Notes: generated from the sequence alone by a model not told the origin. A DNA stretch of 64,000 bases from Anaerolineales bacterium (GCA_024763275.1 JANTFT010000003.1:43669-107668), one strand, 5' to 3'; shown: positions 38,636 to 48,445, numbered from the stretch's first letter. Numbers and translations: made by a program.

Positions 38636-39343
38636 ATGAAGACCAAACCCCGCGCACTAACTTTGTTAGACGTACTTTCCGGGGCAATGATCCTGGCCGC
38701 AGCCGGCCTGGTGTTCTTCTATGCGCCCGTTGAGGCTCTGATGGGCCCCGTTCAGAAGGTGTTCTATTTTCATGTGGCCACCGCCTGGGTAGGTATGCTG
38801 GGCTTTCTGGTTGCTGCGGTAGCTGGCTATTTATATCTCAGAGAGAATCAGGAGCGTTTTGACATCGTCGGGGCTGCCGCAGTTGAGATCAGCCTGGTGT
38901 TTTTCCTGATTGCCATCATCATGGGGTCGATCTGGGCCCGGCCGATCTGGAATACCTGGTGGACCTGGGATCCGCGGCTGACTACGGCTGCCATAGTGGA
39001 GCTGATCTATGCCGCCTACTTACTGCTGCGGTCGGGGGTGGACGATCCGGAACGCAGAGCCCGCTTTTCTGCCATTTACGCGATTTTCGGCTTTGTCAGT
39101 GTGCCGCTGACATTTATTTCCATCCGCCTGCTGCGCACCATTCACCCGGTAGTGGTTGGCGGCGCTGAAGCAGCCAGCCAGGGTGGTTTTAACATGGATA
39201 ACCCGATGAAGTTAGCTTTCTTTTTCAGCCTGGCCGCCTTTTCAGTCCTATTTGCAGACCTGCTCTGGCACCGCATTCGCCTGGGTGAGCTGCAGCGGGC
39301 GGTGACGGCCCTGCGGATCCGGTCCTACCAGGAGGAGAATTAA
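38636..39343 (+). CDS. ccmC: Heme exporter CcmC
   Basis: FYFHV, WARPIWNTWWTWDPRLT (WWD), IHP. Confidence 0.92.
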   Translation: MKTKPRALTLLDVLSGAMILAAAGLVFFYAPVEALMGPVQKVFYFHVATAWVGMLGFLVAAVAGYLYLRENQERFDIVGAAAVEISLVFFLIAIIMGSIWARPIWNTWWTWDPRLTTAAIVELIYAAYLLLRSGVDDPERRARFSAIYAIFGFVSVPLTFISIRLLRTIHPVVVGGAEAASQGGFNMDNPMKLAFFFSLAAFSVLFADLLWHRIRLGELQRAVTALRIRSYQEEN

Positions 39344-39345
39344 TC

Positions 39346-39507
39346 ATGCTTAGCAGACTATTGGTCCCCGATACATTTGGGTATATGGTCGCGGGGTATG
39401 TGGTTATCACCCTGGGGCTGGGTTCCTATCTGGCAAGTCTGGCAGTGCGCTGGCGGAAATCCATCGCCGAGTACAGCTCCTACCAAAAAGACTCCGATCA
39501 GAATTGA
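39346..39507 (+). CDS. ccmD: CcmD-like small membrane protein (53 aa, not in the ORF track)
   Basis: MLSRLLVPDTFGYMVAGYVVITLGLGSYLASLAVRWRK...; GGAGG RBS; starts 2 nt after the ccmC stop; single TM then basic residues. Confidence 0.75.
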   Translation: MLSRLLVPDTFGYMVAGYVVITLGLGSYLASLAVRWRKSIAEYSSYQKDSDQN

Positions 39508-39545
39508 ACATTTCGCCCGGAAGCTGATCAAGCTCCCCGAATGGG

Positions 39546-40496
39546 TCAGCTTCCGGTAAATCTCCTGATGTAATATCTTTGATCCTGATATTCCGCTACA
39601 GCGAGCTTTCCCTCTTCGATCAACCTGTCCAGGCTGGAGAGATCTCCCCCGCTTTTGTTAACCAGGGCGGCAACGGCATCCTCCCGCAAGGGATGGACCG
39701 CCGTGATGCTCAGCAGGTCAGCCTCAAGATCCCCGGAGGAGGCAAAGGCATTGCCTTCGTAACCTATCAGAAGCTCGCTCCCCAACCCATTTTCCTGGAA
39801 TATCTGAAAAGCCTGGGTGAGGACCCCTTCAGAGGGGGGAGAGACCCATTTTTCGGCTGGTGGGCGGGTAGGCACAGCTAAATAGGATTTGGCGGGCTGG
39901 ATCTGAGCCAGGAAGCGGGCGATTTCAGAGATATTTTCCTGACTGTCATTGAGGTCCCGGACCAGCATGGTTTCCGTTACCAGCGTTCCCTGGAATTCTC
40001 CCCTGAACTTCTCGATCCCAATCTTGATCTTATCTAAACTGATTTTGCCGTGGGGGCGGTTGATCCTCTTCCAGGTTTCTTCCTGCAGGGAATCTACTTT
40101 TAGGGACACCCAGTCAGCTTTACCAAGGGCTTCCCTTACCTGCGGCAGATTGATGGTAGACCCATTGCTGATCACGGCGATCTTGACCGCCAGCGGTTTC
40201 AAGAGTTCGATCAACCGGCCGAGATTCACATCCAGGGTAGGTTCACCGTCCGGCACAATAGTAAGATAATCGGGAAGATTCCCGTCCTGGCGAAGCTGGT
40301 CGAGCTTCCGGCCGGCTTCCCGGGCTAACTCAGCAGGGTCAAAAAATGATCCTCTCTGATCGGTCATTCCAATTGCATTCCCAAGCTGGCAGTAGACGCA
40401 GGCATAGGTGCAGATTTTAGGTGGGATATTGTTGATGCCCAGGCTGCTGCCCAGCCGCCGGGAAGGTACTGGACCAAAAATTTGCTGGTAGGTCAT
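39546..40496 (-). CDS. Radical SAM protein (COG0731/TYW1-related Fe-S oxidoreductase)
   Basis: IFGPVPSRRLGSSLG, CTYACVYC, DGEPTL. Confidence 0.85.
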   Translation of the reverse strand: MTYQQIFGPVPSRRLGSSLGINNIPPKICTYACVYCQLGNAIGMTDQRGSFFDPAELAREAGRKLDQLRQDGNLPDYLTIVPDGEPTLDVNLGRLIELLKPLAVKIAVISNGSTINLPQVREALGKADWVSLKVDSLQEETWKRINRPHGKISLDKIKIGIEKFRGEFQGTLVTETMLVRDLNDSQENISEIARFLAQIQPAKSYLAVPTRPPAEKWVSPPSEGVLTQAFQIFQENGLGSELLIGYEGNAFASSGDLEADLLSITAVHPLREDAVAALVNKSGGDLSSLDRLIEEGKLAVAEYQDQRYYIRRFTGS

Positions 40497-40518
40497 GTTT
40501 CTTCCTTTGCTCCGACTC

Positions 40519-40965
40519 TCAGGAGTATTTTTCACGGGTGGATTCGTCTGCCAGGATGGGTTCCAGCCAACGTTTCATCTCGGGGTCCTGAAAAGTACCC
40601 AGCGCAGTATGTGTTTCCAGATAAGATGGGGGTATCGGGTGAGTGCCCACCCGGACTTTCACCGGGAAGCGATGTTCCAGGAATTTTACGAAATCACCTA
40701 TGTAGGGACAGGGGGGGTATCCCACTACCAGCCCGGTTGCCAGGTGGATGATCTCGGCTCCGTTTTTGACCATCTCCTCACCAGCGTATTCAACATTGCC
40801 TCCGGGACATCCATCACAGGTTGTATACCCTACCAGCTCTAGTTCAGTGTCGGGGTAAATGCTGAAAGCACCTGCTTTTTCGCGCATGGCCCGCAGACAC
40901 TTGCCGCCCGCACACCGCCGGTACCGGTCGCAGATGATAATGCCAATTTTAGTCGTTTTCCCCAC
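40519..40965 (-). CDS. CGGC domain protein
   Basis: KIGIIIC...CAGGKC...TCDGCPG...IHLA...CP...VGTH. Confidence 0.85.
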   Translation of the reverse strand: MGKTTKIGIIICDRYRRCAGGKCLRAMREKAGAFSIYPDTELELVGYTTCDGCPGGNVEYAGEEMVKNGAEIIHLATGLVVGYPPCPYIGDFVKFLEHRFPVKVRVGTHPIPPSYLETHTALGTFQDPEMKRWLEPILADESTREKYS

Positions 40966-41314
40966 CTGACCTCCCGATCAAGATAAGCGTATGGACAGTG
41001 AATGTACAATATTCAGTACTTATGTACTAAAATAATTATACTACTTCACCTTTATCAATCTGAAATCTGGAACTTCACGAGTGTTCAACTGGAGGATCAG
41101 CTTGAGCCTGTTTTCACTTTCCAGCGCCTCACTGTTTTCTTTGAAACCGGGTTCGTATGTAAGGGTGATGATGGATTCTCATCTTCGGGATGGTGGCTGA
41201 AAAGCGCCAGCAGGGAGTGATCAGATTGGGATGGACCAGGTGTTAAAACTGCCGGGAGGTGTTTTCACAACAGGAGTTGTGCAGGAATCCTTTGTCTAAG
41301 TCCAGCAGTCCTGA

Positions 41315-42049
41315 TTATACAGAGAGACTAAACTGATGGACTAGGAAAGCCGCTCCCAGGCCGAGGGTGTTGGTTGCCAGATGCATGATCACAGCGGGCC
41401 AGATCGAATTTGTGCGCTGGTAGAGGTAGGCAAAGATCAGACCCATCAAAAAAATGGGCAGCATCAGGGTCGGCTGCATATGCACCACAGCGAACAGTCC
41501 GGCGCTGATCACCGCTGCCGGAATCCAGCCGCATTTAACGCGGAATCCCGCGAAGACGAAACCCCGAAAGAAGACTTCCTCGACAAATGGTGCCACCAGC
41601 ACACCGGCCACCAGCAGCGGCCAGGGTGTGGAGACCATGTCAAAAAGCCCCGTGATGTCCATCTGGGTGTTCAGGTTCAGCAGCGAGGCAGCCAGACTGT
41701 AAAAAAAGTTGAAGCAGAATGCCAGGATCATCAGACCGCAGCCGATAGCGATTGTCTCAAAGTCAAATGCCCTTAATCCCAGGGCATCCCAGCTGAGGTG
41801 GTATTTACGAACGCTGAACCACCAGGCTGGCAGAAGCAGGACCAGCTCCCAGAAGGCAATGAATACCCCGATATCCATCTTCCAGGAGAACGCTTCCCGT
41901 CCCACGCCGAATCCCAGGGCAATGATGATCCACAGCCCAAACGCGCCCAGACCGAGCCAGATATCCCGGGCTGTCCAGGGTGCCTCCCGGTGGATTTCGC
42001 TTCTCGCTTCTGATTGATGGTTTTCCGGCGCGCCTATCCCCTTATTCAA
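41315..42049 (-). CDS. CPBP (CAAX/Abi) intramembrane glutamic endopeptidase
   Basis: APFVEEVFFRG, FAVVH, VIMHLATN; exact start uncertain. Confidence 0.88.
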   Translation of the reverse strand: MNKGIGAPENHQSEARSEIHREAPWTARDIWLGLGAFGLWIIIALGFGVGREAFSWKMDIGVFIAFWELVLLLPAWWFSVRKYHLSWDALGLRAFDFETIAIGCGLMILAFCFNFFYSLAASLLNLNTQMDITGLFDMVSTPWPLLVAGVLVAPFVEEVFFRGFVFAGFRVKCGWIPAAVISAGLFAVVHMQPTLMLPIFLMGLIFAYLYQRTNSIWPAVIMHLATNTLGLGAAFLVHQFSLSV

Positions 42050-42845
42050 TGGTGATATCCTCCAGGCTGTCCTCGGATTTGGGGAAAGCCATCTGCAAGC
42101 TCTTCAGCTTGTCGATGATGATCGTGGAGATCACCAGGTTGCGGTACCACTTGCGATTGGCTGGAATGACATACCAAGGTGCGTAATCCGTGCTGGTTTC
42201 CCTGAGTGCGTCCTGATAGGCGGACTGATACCGATCCCACAGGGCCCGCTCTTTGAGGTCCCCTCTGCTGAATTTCCAGTTCTTCTGTGGATCATCAAGC
42301 CGGGACTGCAGGCGCTTTTTCTGTTCTTCCCGGTCGATATGCAGGTAGAATTTCAGAATGGTCGTGCCCTCATCCGTCAGTAGTTTTTCAAAAGCCCGGA
42401 TGTGTTGATAGCGGCGGCTCCAGATTTCCTCCGGCACCAGCTTATGCACCCGCACCACCAGCACATCCTCGTAATGGCTGCGGTTGAAGATGACGATCTC
42501 CCCCTTTGCGGGTGTGCGCTTATGCACCCGCCACAGGTAATCGTGGGCCAGCTCCACCGGGGTGGGGACTTTAAAACTGGCCACTTTCACTCCCTGGGGG
42601 TTGACCCCTTCAAAGACGTGGCGGATAGTGCCGTCCTTTCCACCGGTATCCATGGCCTGCAGGACGATCAGCACCTTGTGTTTGCCCTGCGCAAAAAGCA
42701 GCTCCTGCAGTCTTTCCATTTCCTTATTCAGATCCTTGAGAAGAAGTTTGCCTTCCTTCTTGCTGATTGGGAAGAGGCTCTTGTCATTGGGGTCCCACTG
42801 GTTGAGGTTCAGGTCCGATCCGGGCGGTACTAGATACTGGTCCAT
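42042..42845 (-). CDS. Polyphosphate kinase 2 family protein
   Basis: QAMDTGGKDGTI, FNRSHYE, WYVIPANRKWYR. Confidence 0.92.
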   Translation of the reverse strand: MDQYLVPPGSDLNLNQWDPNDKSLFPISKKEGKLLLKDLNKEMERLQELLFAQGKHKVLIVLQAMDTGGKDGTIRHVFEGVNPQGVKVASFKVPTPVELAHDYLWRVHKRTPAKGEIVIFNRSHYEDVLVVRVHKLVPEEIWSRRYQHIRAFEKLLTDEGTTILKFYLHIDREEQKKRLQSRLDDPQKNWKFSRGDLKERALWDRYQSAYQDALRETSTDYAPWYVIPANRKWYRNLVISTIIIDKLKSLQMAFPKSEDSLEDITIE

Positions 42846-42909
42846 ATTTGATCCTTGATTATTTTTGGATTTTAGGGCTAAGTTTCTTTATCTGGCCGTG
42901 TAAGTGAGC

Positions 42910-43788
42910 TTATGGTTTTTTATTGAATACTATTACATCCTGGAAGTACAGGCCGGGGATTTCCTTCCAATTACCCGGATAATAATTCTTTACCTGCAGA
43001 CCTGCTCCTGTTATGAGGTTGTCGAATCCCTTACTTGTGATTCCGATAGCATTTTCAGGTGTTTGGGCCCAGTGTGGGTGCAGCCAGTCCGCTGATCCAT
43101 AAGCAGGCTGATTGAAAATCCAGCGGTCTTTTCTTGTGGCGTGGAATGCACTCTGCTGGCTATCTCTGGCAATCAGGCTTTTTTCATAGAGGTCATCCAG
43201 TAGGAAAAAAGTGATAATGGCAGTGCCTCCGGGTTTAAGGACTCGATTGACCTCTCCGAGGTAAAAACGGGCATCAACTTCGCCGAAGTGGGTCCAGACG
43301 GACAAGGCGGTAGCCAAGTCAATGCTTCCACTGTCAATAGGCCAGGGAATCTGGATGTCTTTTTGGTTAGGAGAGTAAAAAGGATTGGACACATCGAGAT
43401 GAACGAATTCATATTTTCCGGGCGGGTAATACCCCCGGCAGAAATCGATGTCCTCAGCCATAACGTCGATGCCGATGTATTTTCCGCTCTCGGTCAGAAA
43501 GGGTTCACAGGCAATTCCTATCAATCCTGTTCCGCAGCCGATATCGAGGATCTGGGGATCCTTTTTGGGGTCAAGATTCTGATTGATCAGGGTCTGGAAA
43601 ATGCCGATCACGTGGGCCCATTCAGCATAAGCGTATTTACCTCCTCTGCGGTCGATCTCGATCGGAATCAACCGGATGTTCTTAGCCCTGTGAATTCTTC
43701 TTTTGTCCAGGGGCAAGAACAGGCTATCAAGGATACGATAGCTAAGTTTGGTGATGTATGTTAGCGACTTACGAATGAGATTGCTCAT
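42910..43788 (-). CDS. Class I SAM-dependent methyltransferase
   Basis: ILDIGCGTG, SVWTHF, RVLKPGG; start uncertain. Confidence 0.8.
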   Translation of the reverse strand: MSNLIRKSLTYITKLSYRILDSLFLPLDKRRIHRAKNIRLIPIEIDRRGGKYAYAEWAHVIGIFQTLINQNLDPKKDPQILDIGCGTGLIGIACEPFLTESGKYIGIDVMAEDIDFCRGYYPPGKYEFVHLDVSNPFYSPNQKDIQIPWPIDSGSIDLATALSVWTHFGEVDARFYLGEVNRVLKPGGTAIITFFLLDDLYEKSLIARDSQQSAFHATRKDRWIFNQPAYGSADWLHPHWAQTPENAIGITSKGFDNLITGAGLQVKNYYPGNWKEIPGLYFQDVIVFNKKP

Positions 43789-43935
43789 AGAGATATCTTC
43801 TTGAGAGATAAATACAGCCAGAGAGGGGTTCAATCCGATCTGGAAATTATGGGCGAAAGACATCAATAAGCTTCACCCTTCTGAGATGTTCTTTGATTGT
43901 ATCCTGTTCAAGCTCCATTATCCAGAGCTCTGGCT

Positions 43936-44283
43936 TTAGAGCACCAGGATCACGCTGATGATTGCCATGACGATGATGGCGCTGAACATCACCAGCCAGT
44001 ACCACTCCCCCTGCTGGGCGAAGTAGCCCGGGCTGACAATCGAGGTGTAGAACAGCATCCCAACTGCGATCAGGAACAGGGGGAGTGCCCAGGCGGAGGA
44101 GGCTAGCAGCCCGATTCCGCTGATCAACAGGCTGATGGCTGTGACCATCTCGGCAGCGATATGAAACCAGATCCGGATCGGCTCGGTCTTCAGCTCCGGG
44201 ATCTTTTTCGAAAGATAGGACATGGCCCACTGGGCAAGCATTCCAAAACCGACAACAACTGAGTATATAGCTGCGAATTTCAT
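43936..44283 (-). CDS. Small 4-TM membrane protein
   Basis: 115 aa, hydrophobic; FHIAAE and SPGYFAQ motifs; AAGGAG RBS. Confidence 0.75.
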   Translation of the reverse strand: MKFAAIYSVVVGFGMLAQWAMSYLSKKIPELKTEPIRIWFHIAAEMVTAISLLISGIGLLASSAWALPLFLIAVGMLFYTSIVSPGYFAQQGEWYWLVMFSAIIVMAIISVILVL

Positions 44284-44475
44284 GCAAGCTCCTTGGTTTT
44301 TAGCACCAATCGCAGTATAACATGATTATTTATCCTCAAGGTTTTCCCCCTCTTTTCCCTGTCTGATGCGCACCTTTCTGGTTCGAATTCCGTTATAATC
44401 GGTGTACTGCCTGGCCGGAGTCTGGCCCGGGGCAAGGAATTAACCTGAAATTATTTAAGGAAGGAACATCTGCCG

Positions 44476-45600
44476 ATGATCGAGATCAAACAGGTCAACA
44501 CTACCAGGGATTTGAAAACCTTTCTCCGCGTTCCGCATTCTATTCCCCGGGAAGGGAACAACTGGGTGCCGGCCCTGGACTTTGACGAAATGAACACCCT
44601 GCACTGGGACCGCAATCCGGCCTTTGAACACTGCCAGGCGCGCTATTTCCTGGCCTACCGGGGTAAGGAAGTGGTCGGTCGGGTAGCAGCTATTTACAAC
44701 CGCCTGCACGCTGAGACCTGGAGCCAGAATTATCTGCGCTTTGGCTGGATTGAATTCCTGGATGACCCGACCATATCCGCCGCCTTGATGGGCGCAGTGG
44801 AGGACTGGGCCCAGGAGCTGGGCTGCGATGCGGTACACGGCCCATTGGGTTTCACCGATCTGGATCGGGAAGGTTTACTGGTGGAGGGTTTTGATGAGCT
44901 GGCCACCCTGGCCACCCGCCACGACCCACCCTACTACATGCGCCATTTGGAAGAGCTGGGCTATGAAAAGGATGTCGATTGGCTGGAGCATCTGGTCACC
45001 CTGCCCGATCAGCTGGACGATAAGGTCCTCCGGGTGGCGGAGATCGCCAGAAAGCGCTACCAGCTGCATGTTCTGGATGCCAGGAACAAGAAAGAGCTGC
45101 TGCCTTATGCCCCGGAGCTCTTTGAGGTCATCAATGAAGCTTACAGCCACCTTTATGGTGTGGTGCACCTGACCGAAAAACAGCGCGATGTTTATGTCAA
45201 GCAATATTTCGGCTTTGTGATCCCTGATCTGGTGCCGGTGGTGCTGGATGAAGATGGGCGCATGGTAGCTTTCACGATCGCCATGCCGTCCCTCTCCCGG
45301 GCAATCCAGAAGGCTCATGGAAGGCTCTTCCCCCTGGGCTTCCTGCACCTGCTGGGAGCGCTCCGTAAGTTTGACCGCGTCGATGTTTATCTGGGCGCGG
45401 TCCTTCCCCACCTGCAGGGAAGGGGTGTCAATGCCATCATGATCGAGGCCTTTGTAAATGCCTGCAAGAAATATGGGGTGAAAACCGTACACGTCAACCC
45501 TCAGCTGGAAACCAATCAGAAAGTCTGGTCGCAGTGGAGATATTTTGACACCAGGCAGCATAAGCGCCGGCGCGTGTATATCAAACACCTGCTACCCTGA
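44476..45600 (+). CDS. Tandem GNAT N-acetyltransferase (YghO-like)
   Basis: VVGRVAAI, GPLGFT, EGLLVEGF, QGRGV, LETN. Confidence 0.8.
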   Translation: MIEIKQVNTTRDLKTFLRVPHSIPREGNNWVPALDFDEMNTLHWDRNPAFEHCQARYFLAYRGKEVVGRVAAIYNRLHAETWSQNYLRFGWIEFLDDPTISAALMGAVEDWAQELGCDAVHGPLGFTDLDREGLLVEGFDELATLATRHDPPYYMRHLEELGYEKDVDWLEHLVTLPDQLDDKVLRVAEIARKRYQLHVLDARNKKELLPYAPELFEVINEAYSHLYGVVHLTEKQRDVYVKQYFGFVIPDLVPVVLDEDGRMVAFTIAMPSLSRAIQKAHGRLFPLGFLHLLGALRKFDRVDVYLGAVLPHLQGRGVNAIMIEAFVNACKKYGVKTVHVNPQLETNQKVWSQWRYFDTRQHKRRRVYIKHLLP

Positions 45601-45624
45601 ATTAGCAGGCTCCGGTATTAAATA

Positions 45625-45654
45625 AAAACCAGGCAGGATATCCTGCCTGGTTTT
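45625..45654. terminator. Bidirectional terminator (perfect 30-bp palindrome)
   Basis: AAAACCAGGCAGGAT|ATCCTGCCTGGTTTT between convergent genes. Confidence 0.85.
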
Positions 45655-45677
45655 AGGTTCACACGCTTCCGTCTTTC

Positions 45678-47375
45678 TTACTTGTTGGACTTGCCTCGTT
45701 CGTGGGTTTCTGTATCCATATACATATTCCTGTAGTAGGCCCGGGTGCAGGCCCAATCGGATTCACAGGATTCCTGATGGTAGGCCAGCACTTCCTCTTC
45801 GCTGAAGCCGTACTTGGCGCTGATCTGCAGGGCGGTTTGATAGTCCTTTTCGGACAAACCCTCGGTCATATTCCTGACCTGTTCCCGCAGAGAGCTGCGC
45901 ACGCAGGCCCAATCTCCCTGGCAATCTTCGCCGTTGAGCATATTCATCACCTCTCCAATCTCCAGGCTGTATTGTTCAGCTAGCCTGGCGGCGATTTTCT
46001 GGTTCTTATCCTCAGTAACCTGGTTGGCCTGGTCCTGTTTCTCAGCTTTCTGCTCTTCCTGGAGAGACTTGCGGTATACCTGTACGCCCATGGTCAGGAT
46101 CTCAGCTGCGCTGATATCCTCGCTGGCCATGCTGTAAGCCTGCTTGAGGTCTCCCCAGCTGTCAGCGGAAGCCCGGGCTTCGGCGATTTCTGTCCAGTCT
46201 GCGTCCATGCGGTCCGCGAAACTGGCGGCATGTTTCAGCTCAGCAAGAGTCATCCCTTCTGCTAGATAGCCATCTAGTATTTCCGGTTCAGCTTCCAGAT
46301 CTCCGGCCAGTTTGTAGAACTGGTTCAGTTCACCGGGTGTGGCACCTTCAGCGACCCTGGTCAGAGCGTCTTCGAAGTCAGCATCGAAGTGGGTGACCGA
46401 TCGCACTGCTGTGCGGACATCCCCTAGTGAATAATCGCCACTCAGTACCAGGGCTGTCAGATCCCCGATGCCCTGCTCTTCCAGCAGCTGTGAGAAGCGG
46501 TTCAGTTGCAGGAGGCTGCCCCAGCCGCTCTCATCCAGGTGCCAGGCCAGGATCTCTTCCCAGGATAGATCCATCGAGCCGGCCAGTTTATAGGCCATCC
46601 ACATGCGACCGAACCCGAGATTATTCTCTTCTGATTCATTGTCAAACAGGGTGTAGATATCTTCACAGGTGTAGAGATCTCCTGACTGGTCGGGGAAGAG
46701 GGTGTTGACCCCATCAGCGATCTTCTGGGCCATGGGGTGGCAGGCATCCTCAGGATCAGCTACCACTACCGGCAGACTGGCAGTAGAGCTGAATCCGCAG
46801 CTGTCTGTAACAGCGACCTGGGCTGAATATTTATCTACATCACTATAGGTGAAGGACGCGGTCTCCCCTGTTTCTGCCTCGGGAACGCCGTCTCCATCCA
46901 GATCCCATTCATAGGTGTAGTCCGGAGTGCCACCTGTTACCGCTGTGCTGAAGTTCACCAATCCTTCATCGCCGGCCACGAACAGCGGAGGGAAAGGAAC
47001 GCTGGTCAGAGAGACCTCCGGTCCTGCCAGGGTGAGCGTCCCGGTCAGTACTTCGGAGTCGACTTCTACAGACCACTCAAAATCACCCTGGGAGGGATAG
47101 GAATGGTTGATGACCATGGGGATAGAGCTGTCATCCACGGTGACGATCCCCGTAGTGTCCCCGTCGCCAAAGTCCATGTAGAACATATACCCATCAGCCC
47201 CGGTAGGGGTCCAATTGATGGTGAACTCCACCTCGCTGCAGGAAATTTCCGGGGTTACTGTGATGTCCAACCCATCACCATCCTGGGCATGACTGGCGGA
47301 GACTGTCCCTGCCAGGCTGACCACGGTGATAAACACAGCCATAAGTAAGCGGATAAGTTTGTTTAGGTCTTTCAT
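45678..47375 (-). CDS. Secreted protein with two PKD domains and helical repeats
   Basis: Signal peptide ending ASHA; DFGDG and YEWDLDGDG PKD motifs; C-terminal CxxDWAC repeats. Confidence 0.78.
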   Translation of the reverse strand: MKDLNKLIRLLMAVFITVVSLAGTVSASHAQDGDGLDITVTPEISCSEVEFTINWTPTGADGYMFYMDFGDGDTTGIVTVDDSSIPMVINHSYPSQGDFEWSVEVDSEVLTGTLTLAGPEVSLTSVPFPPLFVAGDEGLVNFSTAVTGGTPDYTYEWDLDGDGVPEAETGETASFTYSDVDKYSAQVAVTDSCGFSSTASLPVVVADPEDACHPMAQKIADGVNTLFPDQSGDLYTCEDIYTLFDNESEENNLGFGRMWMAYKLAGSMDLSWEEILAWHLDESGWGSLLQLNRFSQLLEEQGIGDLTALVLSGDYSLGDVRTAVRSVTHFDADFEDALTRVAEGATPGELNQFYKLAGDLEAEPEILDGYLAEGMTLAELKHAASFADRMDADWTEIAEARASADSWGDLKQAYSMASEDISAAEILTMGVQVYRKSLQEEQKAEKQDQANQVTEDKNQKIAARLAEQYSLEIGEVMNMLNGEDCQGDWACVRSSLREQVRNMTEGLSEKDYQTALQISAKYGFSEEEVLAYHQESCESDWACTRAYYRNMYMDTETHERGKSNK

Positions 47376-47435
47376 GATTTGGATCTCCTTGGTTTGTCTT
47401 GATCTGGTTTGTTTAATTCCTAAAACAACCAGTCT

Positions 47436-48326
47436 CTAGTCTTTTCCTTTGTACCTACTGGTATCGGGAGTACCATTCATAATTAATTCTCCATCTTCAC
47501 TGCCATACCCGTTCCCGTTTTCATTGCTGTCCCTGTTGTCCTTCTTTTCCTGTCCTGGAGGGGTGGCAGGCTTGTGGGAATTACCGTTTTCCTGGCCGTT
47601 GCCGTTCTGGTGGTCATCGGACTTTCCCTTGATAGTATCTTTGAATTTCTGGGGCTCTTTGAGACCATTCCCAACCAGCTCCAGACGCTCGCGGATCTTT
47701 TCCTGGGCTTTCAGCAGTCCGGGAGGGCTGCCCTGGGGATGTTCCCTGCCCAGCTCGGCCATTATCTGGTTCTGTTTCTGCAGGTTAGCTTCAATCTGGA
47801 GCAGGGCTTTATCCAGTCCCTGTCCTTCCAGCCTGGCTGCTTGTTCAAGCATCTTCTGGGTGTGCTTCTCCAGCAGGGCGAGGGCTTTGTCCGAAACCTC
47901 TTCTCCCGCTGCGAGCTGATTCTGGATCTCCTGCAGCCGGCGGCTTGCGAAGGATACATAGAGATCCAGTTTTTCCTCTGGATCGCTCTCCAGGCTGACC
48001 TGGATGTCCTCTGTAAGTGTTTTAACTCCGTAGAGCAGATCATCCGGTTGAGCTGCCTGGGCGGCGTATACGGTGCCTCCCAGACTGGAGAGAGCTACCA
48101 GCAGCACAGCGGCGATGGTCCCCAGGCGTGCCGCCCAGGAGCGCCGCTGGACTGTGCTCCTCTTCCCGGCAGGTTTATGGGACGTACCTTGGCCCGGCTT
48201 CAAGGTTCTGACCTGGGCCAGGTAGTTTTCTCGCCCGGCGTGGCTGGCCTGCAGACCTCTTTCCGGTACATTCTGCAAGCTTTCCAGCTGTTTTTTCAGC
48301 TCAGGGCTGATCTCGTGATCGTTCAT
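47436..48326 (-). CDS. Putative anti-sigma factor (DUF5667-like)
   Basis: Single TM followed by YAAQAAQPDDLLYGVK...RRLQE; low-complexity tail (PPGQEKK); directly downstream of an ECF sigma. Confidence 0.75.
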   Translation of the reverse strand: MNDHEISPELKKQLESLQNVPERGLQASHAGRENYLAQVRTLKPGQGTSHKPAGKRSTVQRRSWAARLGTIAAVLLVALSSLGGTVYAAQAAQPDDLLYGVKTLTEDIQVSLESDPEEKLDLYVSFASRRLQEIQNQLAAGEEVSDKALALLEKHTQKMLEQAARLEGQGLDKALLQIEANLQKQNQIMAELGREHPQGSPPGLLKAQEKIRERLELVGNGLKEPQKFKDTIKGKSDDHQNGNGQENGNSHKPATPPGQEKKDNRDSNENGNGYGSEDGELIMNGTPDTSRYKGKD

Positions 48327-48366
48327 AGAAATTCCTTTCAAAAATAAGCTGTTTCCTGCCCTATAT

Positions 48367-48394
48367 GACGCAAAAACCCGTCCGGGGATACGGG
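48367..48394 (-). promoter_or_regulatory. ECF-type promoter, copy 1 (before the anti-sigma gene)
   Basis: Minus strand CCCGTATC-N11-TTTTGCGTC, same architecture as 49029-49056. Confidence 0.7.
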
Positions 48395-48445
48395 TTGATT
48401 TCCATATTGGAGAGCAATATCAATAATCTAGAAACAGGAGGGATG

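Noticed and set aside
41050-41240. Minus-strand fragment SLLALFSHHPEDE resembling the PIG-L deacetylase AHPDDE motif
   Set aside because: Imperfect, very short match with no start codon or supporting downstream motifs.
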